From Vicugna vicugna (taxonomy: Eukaryota): a stretch of 64,000 nucleotides of DNA. Position 1 is the first letter of the stretch, and each line of letters opens with the position of its first letter. The notes beneath the pieces are model-generated. The model was given only the letters and a program-made list of their open reading frames with translations, was not told the origin of the DNA and ran no database searches. Shown one piece after another: positions 56,501-64,000 of this stretch. A program made the position numbers and the translations under genes. Location: contig MU061050.1 of the NCBI GenBank assembly GCA_013265495.1, positions 1,072,307-1,136,306 on the forward strand. The letters are read 5' to 3'.

Positions 56501-59500
56501 GAGAGGCAGTGACAGTTAGCCTCTGACCTGGAAATAGGGCTGGGTCAAGCTTCCACAGACTCAGGAACACACCCACTGGCTCCCCCTGGCCACTGCAGCG
56601 ACCCAGCCTCACCCAGCTTCCCCGCGACAGTCTTCTAAGCTGCTTCCTTCCTCCTGTCCGTTTGCCACCTGCCCTTTCCCCAGCTCCAGCTGCCCCTCTC
56701 ACATAGCTGGGTCCTCAGGCTCTGTCCATCTACAGACGTCTGTCCTCAGCATGGCTGAGGACCGGAAGTAAAGCGGAGCACTCCCCGGGGGTGATGCTCG
56801 AATGGGGAACACAGCGAGGTTCTCTCTGTGAAGGCTCTGTGCCGCCAAGATACCCTCGTAAGCCCAAAACACAGTCGGGGGAATGGCTCCACCAACCACG
56901 ATTTTGAGTCTTGGCAAAGATTTTTCTAAGTGCGAATCTGTGTCTTTTTCATTTCTCTCCTACAAATTAACTTGAGACCTACACCAGCAGGTCTCACTTT
57001 GCTTGACCGAGTGCCAGGCTGAGGAAGAGGACCCTGAAGCCAGCAGGACAACCAGGCCAAGCCCTGCTGCTGCCCAGCTGGGGCCAGAGAAGCCATACCT
57101 TTGGTGCTGTCATAGATAATATTCTTGCAGAGCAGGTCATTGTGACAAAACACCACAGGGGAGTCCAACTGGGGCAGGTGCTCCTTCAGCCAGGCCAGCT
57201 CCTGTTCCAACACTTCGACCTTAGGGACATCTGCAGAAAGGCTGGACAGGGGCAAAGAGTGGCCAGTGGAGGGAGGGCTGAGAGCAGACAGGCAGGTGCT
57301 TGGCCTCCAAAGCCCTGAGCTCTGGCCCTCTCCCGACTTCTTACTGCAGAGGGACCTTTGACCTTCCCTTCTGTCATCTAGAAAATGGCACTGAGGTTTC
57401 CTGTCTTTCTGACTTCTGTGGTTACTCCAAGAAGCTGACTAAAACCTGAACATAAAAATCATCTTGCAAAGCATAAAAACCCTAACCAAACAGCACCCTG
57501 CTGCTTCATGAAAGGGAAAGGGATATCGGACGGAGGCACAGGGAGATGTCAGGGGAGGGGAGGGCGAGTGTCCCACCTCAGTCACTCCAGACTAGGACAA
57601 CCGGGGCGGCGGGAGAGGGGCGCAGACAGGCCTGTTCTCAGGACAGTAGGAACAGCTCCTGGGGAAGGCGTGGCTGTGGAGAACAAGACCCCGCAAAGCT
57701 CCCCCAGTGGAAGAGTAACAGCGCCCCGGGAGGGCGGGAGCACTGGCGCCCTCTTGAGGAGGCAGAGGGATGTCCCGGTGTGTCTCCCTCACGCTCTAGG
57801 CCGGCGGTACAGGGGGAAAGGACCGGAGATCATCCAGTCCAACTTCCCATTGCACAGCAAGACCACCCGGGCTGAGACTAGAAAGCAAAAAAATTGCTTC
57901 TTGGGCCCACTTCTATGAGGCCTAGGGGATATCAGGGCCTTTCAGTCAAAAAGCTCTTGCTCTGGAACGCCCCAGCAACGCCCCTTCCCCCTGGAACCGT
58001 GAGTGTTTCCCTGCCCCAGGCCCCTGCCTGTGTGTGGGCAACTTGGGGGCAGGAACAAAGACACGTGGAGGCCGCCTGTCCCTCCGCCCCACCCTGTCCT
58101 GCTGCAGACAGCAGGCATTTCTGCTGAAAAAAGTGCACGTGGAGGGATGGTTGAACAGGTCAATCGATGCCTTCTCAGAGGCTGTGGGGAGGCTGGGGAG
58201 GGCGGACTGCGCTCTGAGGCTCTGAACTTTGGTCCCTGGAAGCACACAGGTCTGTGTACACTGAAAAGCCAAATAGTTAGCAGAGCCCTTAAAACCCTGG
58301 AACCACCAATGGGTCGAGGGGAGGAGGCTAGGGTGTTCCCTCCATCCATGTGTGTCCTGTCTGCTTTCTTGTCCAGGGCAGTGCGGGTACATGCAGGAGG
58401 ATGAGAAGGAGACACCCCCTGTCTGGTCCTCCCATAGGACGCCCCATCGCCCCTCACCCAGCCCAGAAGCCAGACTCAGGGAAGAGTATTCAGCAACTAA
58501 GACACCCCCTCTGGAAAAGGACGGGCAGCACGCCCCCCGACCCAGGTTTTGAGAAGGTCAGAGCCAAAGTGGATCTTAGGGCCCCAGTCGAACTCCATGG
58601 GGAAACTGAGGCTCAAGGAAGGGCAGAGGCTTCCTCCAGCCTCCAGATGCGTCTTACACAGCTGGGTACTCTACTCCCTCATCTAAGGAAAGGAGTCCTC
58701 AGCCTGTCCAAGAATCCCAAATCAAGTCGAGCCTCTGAACTGTGGGGGGCTCTGCACAGACCACTCCAAGCCCGGGAGTCTGCTGGGGCGGGAAGGTGCA
58801 TTTCAACCTTGGCTTTCCTTAAGAAGCTACTTCTTCTTTTAAGATTCCTTTTTTTCCTCCTTGGACTGAGACCATCCAAAGTTAAGAATTAGGAGGCTTC
58901 CTTTGGTTCGAACAAGTCGCAGCCTGAAAAACAGGTCTTTGACATCCAAGATGCCTGCTGCCCAGGCCCTGACCTCTGTCTGAGCCCTACCTTACCCATC
59001 CCAAGGCCACGCATCTGGCTGCTGTGGGAACAACCCAGGCCTTCCACCTCCCTGGGCAGCCCACCTCAGCCGCCCTGCTTCCCTCCTCTGAACACTTGAA
59101 ACATCGCCAGCATTGCTACCTTCAGCCCTGGCATAACTCGACTCTCAAGGCTGTGGGGTTGGCAGAAGAATAACCACCACTGCATCACAGAAACTTTCAC
59201 ATCCCAGGCGGCACGGCTCCTCCTACTCCTCTGTCCCTCAGAGGCAGCAAGAAGCGGGTAAAGGGCCTCCTCAGGGAAGCCGGGGGGTCCTTCCTGAAGA
59301 AGGCACTGCTGCCTGGCAAGTGTCCGCTCAGTGCTCAGTCCGCCCAGGTGGCGGGGTGGATGGGAAATACCCTCTCCCCATGGAGAAGTGTTTCTAAGTG
59401 TTTGAACTTACCAGCCCATCACCTTCGCCCTCATACCAATCAACCTATCTCCTCTGAAGCAGTTATAACCCTACATTCCCCAGCCACCCTGGACTCCTCC

Positions 59501-61942
59501 ACGCCCAACCCAACACCGAGACCACCAGATCTATTTCCACCAGGTCTGACTCACCCTCCTATTCTCCATCCCCTCTACCCCCTGCAGTGAAGCTGCCCTA
59601 GGGCAACGTTCCTCAGAATGTGGTTCCTTGATCCCCTGCCTCAGGATCACCTGGGGAGCCTGCCAAAATGCAGATTCCCAGGGTCCAGTGCAAGCCCTCC
59701 CAATCAGTCTCCAGGGTGAGGCTTGGACTGTGCACTGAGCAAGCACCCTAGGGTAGTCTCATGCTCAAATTTGGGAATCCCAGTCCTAGATGGAGCCCAT
59801 CCAGTGTCTAATTCCCCAACTCCCCCAGTGGCCCTCCCTACCTGGAATCCCCCAACTGCCATCCAAATCTGTCCTTTGCAACACCGCAAGGCTTCCTTCC
59901 CAAATCACAGTCCTGAGTCCTTGGCTCCAACACCTTCACGATGACTCTCCACTGCCTAACTTAACCTTGGCTCCTGAACCTGGCATTGAAGGCCCCTCAC
60001 AATCTAGCTCCAACTCACCTCTGCAACCCCATCTCCCGTGACCCATCCCCAAGCCCTCCTGAAGCTCCAGCTAGCCTCCTCTACTCCCCATCCACAAGCA
60101 AGCCATGTTAATGCTGCCTCCTCCAGCCGGAGTGGCCTCTCTTCTCGTCTCTGCCATACCACCTCTGCCAAGAAGACGTTCCCTGGTGCCCACACCCCAG
60201 CGGACATCACACACCCTGCATGGGCAGGTCCTATTTCCACGGATGGTTCCTAAGCTCCTGGAAGGCAGGGCCCATGTCACCTTCAAGTTTTTTTTTATTG
60301 TTTTAAATCCCAATCAGTGAATGTTTGTGAAATGAAGGATTGACTAAATCAGGGTTATTAGGCAATGACCAGATCTAAACGCTTCACCTCATCTGAGTGA
60401 TTGCTTATCACACCTCTGCTTGCGGCAGGTTAAGACAGTTCGGGGCAGGTATCAGCCCCTCAAGAGGCTCGATGTAAGCAACTTGGTTTGTCCAGGGTCT
60501 AAGGTGTGACAAAAGCAAAGGAAGTTGGCTGGCTCTTCTTCAGGGAGCACTCCCCTCCCCATAAGGTCACCCCCTCAAGATTACACAGTGACAGTTCAGC
60601 CAAAAGCAGCTGTAGCAACAAGGGTCAGGCCTGAGCATCAGGCCTGGACTCTAGTCCTTACATTGCTGCTGATCGGTGGCACCTTGGGCAAGGCACATGC
60701 CTCCTCCGGGCCTCAGTGTTCTCATCTGTCTAATGAAAGTGGTGGGTGGATGCTCAGAGGGTCCTGCTCTCCGCGCGCTGTTCTATCCTAAGAGGGAAGG
60801 CAGCCCTTGTCCCCAGATGACATGTGACATGGAAGGTCTGAGCACAGGCTGTCCTAGACAAATGGTCCCAAAGCAGTGCTTGGGAATCAGCGAGCAGGAG
60901 GATCTATATAAAGTCATGCGTGTGCGCATGTGACACAGACACATGAACGGAATGGTTAAGTATTGTCTTGTCGTCTTCTGTGTCCTGCTCCCATGAATAC
61001 ATGGAAAAGAGTGATGTCCAACCCCAAGGGGCAACAGGGAGGGCTCAGAGACTCACTATGGCCCTTCGGGGGTGGGCAGGGGTGACCCCAGTCTTTTCTC
61101 CACGCCACCATCCTTTTCTCAGCACTCAAGGGTGTGCTGGGGAGTCAGGGATCGGAAGGCGAGAAGGACTCCCAGGTTAAGGTTCAGGGAACTGTCTGGG
61201 GAAAGGTAATGTCAGGATGGGTGGAGGGCGCTCCCTCCCTGGAGAGAGCAGTGAAGAAGTAGGAAGCTGTCAGCTTGAACAACGTGGGGAGCAGGGGCCC
61301 CAGAGGCATGTGGGGACAAGAGGCGTCAAGGTAAGCAGCAGGAAGCTTGAAGTCCCAAGGGCTTGTCGGCTGATGAGCTGAGTTCTTCTGACTGACTCTG
61401 AACTCAGCCCCACCTCATTCTCAGGAGGGCCGGGCCCTCCTTTCTCACTGCTCAGAAGGCAGCTCAGGGAGAAAGGGCTCTGGGCTGGGAAACAGACGCC
61501 CCGCCTCTGACTAGTCCTGTGACACTGGGCAAAGCTTAATCTCTGAGCTCAGTACCCTTCCAGTAAAACGAGGAGACGCTGTCCCCGACCCTAGTCCCTG
61601 CCACAACCAGCACACTTAAGGAGAAATAAGCACATAGGGACAAAACTGCACATCCAAGTTCCTGAGATTTAGCCAATCGGCCCAACTCTGCTTGGAAACA
61701 GAGGCTCAGCAATCAGGACCGAAGCCCCCTAAACCTCCTGTCAGGGTGCGCTGGGGAGGCGAGGTCATACTAATGCCGTAGAGACAGCGGCAGCCTTGAA
61801 CGCTCTCAGATCTTTGTACCTGGGGTTGATTTCATTCTTCACGAGGGTGAAATAATTGTGCATCTTGTGCCAGAGGGTGGGCTTGGGCAGGCTGCCGTTG
61901 GCGTGGATGGTGTGAATCTTGGCCATTTCTAAAGCGATCAGC
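50477..61942 (-). CDS. ETNK2: Ethanolamine kinase 2, partial (exons 3-8; exons 1-2 beyond window): complement(join(50477-50549,52195-52268,53867-54012,56404-56487,57099-57241,61820-61942))
   Basis: LIALEMAKIHTIHANGSLPKPTLWHKMHNYF; Brenner phosphotransferase motif VFCHNDLLCKNIIY; choline/ethanolamine kinase motif FIDYEYAGYNYQAFDIGNHFNEF; C-terminus YAVIRFNQYFKVKPQVSALEMPK*; GT-AG junctions with consistent phases. Confidence 0.97.
50690..51480 (-). mobile_element. L1M (L1MA/MB-type) 3' fragment with T-rich tail in ETNK2 intron 7
   Basis: tctactttctgtcttgatgaatttgact...gactggcttgtttcacttagtacaatgtcctcaagg...ccatttatccatcagtggacac...gggtatatacccaggagt. Confidence 0.9.
51825..51925 (+). repeat. 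Degenerate minisatellite (GTGAGTAGGTGG(TTG)G(C/T)AGGCT-like units, ~5 copies)
   Basis: Read directly. Confidence 0.7.
52195..52268 (-). CDS. ETNK2: ETNK2 exon 7
   Basis: tttccag|GCGTCT...CTCAG|gtgag; ASHFFWALWALIQNQFSTIDFDFLR. Confidence 0.95.
53867..54012 (-). CDS. ETNK2: ETNK2 exon 6
   Basis: gggcag|GTGTG...CTG|gtgag; VNEVDYCWYPARETQLQWLGYYLQAQKGAAVTPREVERLYVQVNKFAL. Confidence 0.95.
55681..55716 (+). repeat. 12-bp tandem repeat x3 ((C/T)GCATCCATGCC)
   Basis: Read directly. Confidence 0.85.
56404..56487 (-). CDS. ETNK2: ETNK2 exon 5
   Basis: ttgtag|GTCAT...GCAG|gtgag; HVRFIDYEYAGYNYQAFDIGNHFNEFA. Confidence 0.96.
57099..57241 (-). CDS. ETNK2: ETNK2 exon 4
   Basis: gtccag|CCTTT...AAAG|gtatg; LSADVPKVEVLEQELAWLKEHLPQLDSPVVFCHNDLLCKNIIYDSTK. 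Confidence 0.96.
59600..59770. mobile_element. MER5A-like DNA transposon relic, apparently nested in L2-derived sequence
   Basis: ggatcacctggggagcctgccaaaatgcagattcccagg...caatcagtctccagggtgagg. Confidence 0.75.
59900..60345 (-). mobile_element. L2 LINE relic (3' end)
   Basis: aacctggcattgaaggcccctcacaatctagctcc...taagctcctggaaggcagggccc...tgaatgtttgtgaaatgaa. Confidence 0.7.
61820..61942 (-). CDS. ETNK2: ETNK2 exon 3
   Basis: ctgtag|GCTGATC...CCCAG|gtaca; LIALEMAKIHTIHANGSLPKPTLWHKMHNYFTLVKNEINP. Confidence 0.96.
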
Positions 61943-64000
61943 CTACAGCAAGAAACAGGAAGATAGAGCATGAGTGCAGGGCAGGCCCTCCCCAGTTCAG
62001 CCCCACCTTGGCCAGAAAGAAATGGCCCTACAAGGTCCACTGGGGCCGAGTGTGGGACTATTACAGATCTGTTAGGAGCTCTTGGTCCTGCAGGAAGGAG
62101 ATCTCAGCAGAAGGCATGAAAATAAGATAAGGCTTTCAGTCCAGCAGCTCTGCAGGGAGCAGAAGGGCACAGCAGTGGGCTGTTGGCCACAGGTCAGTGG
62201 CCGAGCCCCACCCCAAGCTTGTGTACCTACAGAAACCCCTGAGGGCAGAGGGGTCACCTGGGGATGGGGGTGGCACGCCTCCTCCCCATGTTGGACTCTG
62301 ACCCATGCCCTCATACCTCAGGGGGAGGTACACGCAGGACACCAAGTGATCGGGGGCGGTGATGCCAGGCGGGGAAGAAATGCCCATCTTTTATCAGCCT
62401 GGCCAAGGTGGGGAGGGAAGCAGGCCAGCCTAGGGCAGCCCCTTCCTCTGCGGCAGGGAGTTGACGCTGGCGGCTGGGAGCCAAGGACGCAAAACAAACC
62501 CGTGTTCTATTTTCAAGTTTTCTGGTGGACGTTATCCAAGGTCCCGGGAGCGAAGGAGGGGGTGGTGGAGAGAGGCGAGAGCAGAGCTTGGGAAGGCTGC
62601 TGGGAGAGGGCGGGGGTGCATGGAGGCCTGACCGGTCAGAGAGGGAGGACCTTGGTAAGGACCCCAGCGTCTGAGGGTCCTCAGCCAGCTCTCCCTGCGG
62701 GAGCCCCACCCCCACCCTGCTGCCAAGCCTCCAACATTCAAGCTTCCTTCGCCTCTGCCTGTTGCTCGAATAATAATCACTGGGAAAGACAACAAAGGCT
62801 GTTTGAAACCTTGTTACCGAGCTGTTCCAGGGATGCCACCCCCCTTGCCAGGTCCGGGGAAGGGGCCGGACATCACCCAACAGGACAGCAGAGCTCCTCC
62901 CAAAGCCCCCCCACCCCAGCCTCCCACCTCCTGATAGGTGGAGGGGCGGGTGGAGGGGCAGGTGGAGGGGCAAGGGGCGTGGCGTCAACCGACTAGGTGA
63001 GGGACGAGGGCTGTGTTTTCAGAGGCTAGAGGCTCTGGGCCAGGAGGGAGTCAGTCAGGTTTTGGACAAGGCAAGACCTGAGACCCAGGGCTCCCCTTTG
63101 CAAAGGAAGATTCGAAAAGAGCCTGAAACAGAGTGTCTCCTTGAATATCAATGGGGCTGTTGTCTGGAATAGCAATGAAAGTGACCCCAACGCTCAGCAT
63201 TTCTTTGCTGCAAAGTCTCTGAAGGCAGAGTTGGAAGGTGGGGTTCAGGGGACCATAGGGAGGTGGCTCCTGAGGCCTGCTCCCTGCCTTTCCCTCCGAG
63301 ATCCACCTTCACCCCAGAAGGGTAACGGTCTCTCCTGGGAAAGTCACCAAGGAAGGGTCTACCTCCTACACTTATCCCAGGTGCTGGCTCTCCCCCAAAT
63401 GTAAAGTTCTCCTTCTTATCAAACCTAAATCCATCTTCAATCTTCCTGACAATGGTAATTGTTCCCATGAGAAAATAAGTGACAGCACCAGACTCACAGA
63501 GGTGGCGGGAGCCTGGGAGTGGTGAGGACCTGCCAGTATATGAGCTCCTCTGCACAAGACTGAGGGAGAGCTGGGAGGAGCGCTGTGGGAGAAGTCAGGA
63601 CAGGGTTCCCTACCCAGCTCCGACCTCGCATCTCCAGCTGGTGCATCTATCAGCTGGAGCTTGAGAAGACCCCCACACAGGGCTGTATGTTCTGCTGACC
63701 TCCAGACACACACACAGGGCTACAACATACAGCTCCACTTGAATATCCTGGGCCCAACCAGCCAGAGAGGCAGTGCTCAGCAGCAAGGGGACGGGATACA
63801 CTCAGATTCCCTCCTTCTAAGTCCCTAGAGAGGTTCCCTGCAAATAGGGCCAGTTGCACTAGCTTGAGGGTAGCAAAGAAATTTCTTGGTTTCTACTCCC
63901 TACGTGAGCTTTCCTGTTCCTCCCTGAGATTGGGAAGGCTCCTTCCCCTAAGGTGGGACAGGACACATCCCAAGGGTCTCAGGCAGACCCCTGTCCCTGG

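Noticed and set aside
62082-62996. 304-aa plus-strand ORF antisense to ETNK2 intron 2
   Set aside because: No homology recognised; non-ATG start; GC-rich chance ORF
1-64000. CRISPR arrays, prokaryotic operons, rRNA/snRNA genes, processed pseudogenes
   Set aside because: None seen; the sequence is clearly mammalian, with spliced genes and interspersed repeats

Overview
Mammalian genomic DNA containing the convergent SOX13 (+) / ETNK2 (-) gene pair. It is probably camelid, judging from the vic-1-like tRNA-derived SINEs. SOX13 has a CpG-island non-coding exon 1 (~2.9-3.49 kb), a ~31-kb first intron and 13 coding exons between 34331 and 44202 (SoxD coiled-coil plus HMG box, ~615 aa). The 3' part of exon 5 is hidden in an N-gap. 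ETNK2 is present from exon 3 to exon 8 (61942 down to 50477) with its 3'UTR; exons 1-2 lie beyond the window end. The rest is intron or intergenic DNA with MIR, L2, L1M, MER5A and MER33-like relics, four vic-1-like SINE copies (one a fragment) and six N-gaps of ~130-160 bp. Almost all other ORFs in the six-frame track are chance GC-rich frames. I found no evidence of a wholly new gene system. The most interesting signals are regulatory or isoform-level: (1) a frame-shifting upstream acceptor for ETNK2 exon 7 whose alternative frame stays open for 134 codons; (2) an unusual SOX13 translation-start architecture (AUG-UGA start-stop uORF, stop codon abutting a weak AUG, optimal Kozak only at Met19, candidate extra 5' exons); (3) a probable difference in the SOX13 exon-2 donor versus human; (4) same-orientation CTCF motifs near the SOX13/ETNK2 junction; (5) SOX/ETS and POU/SOX motif clusters in intron 1. 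Comparisons with human or mouse proteins are from memory, not from a database search. Repeat boundaries are approximate.
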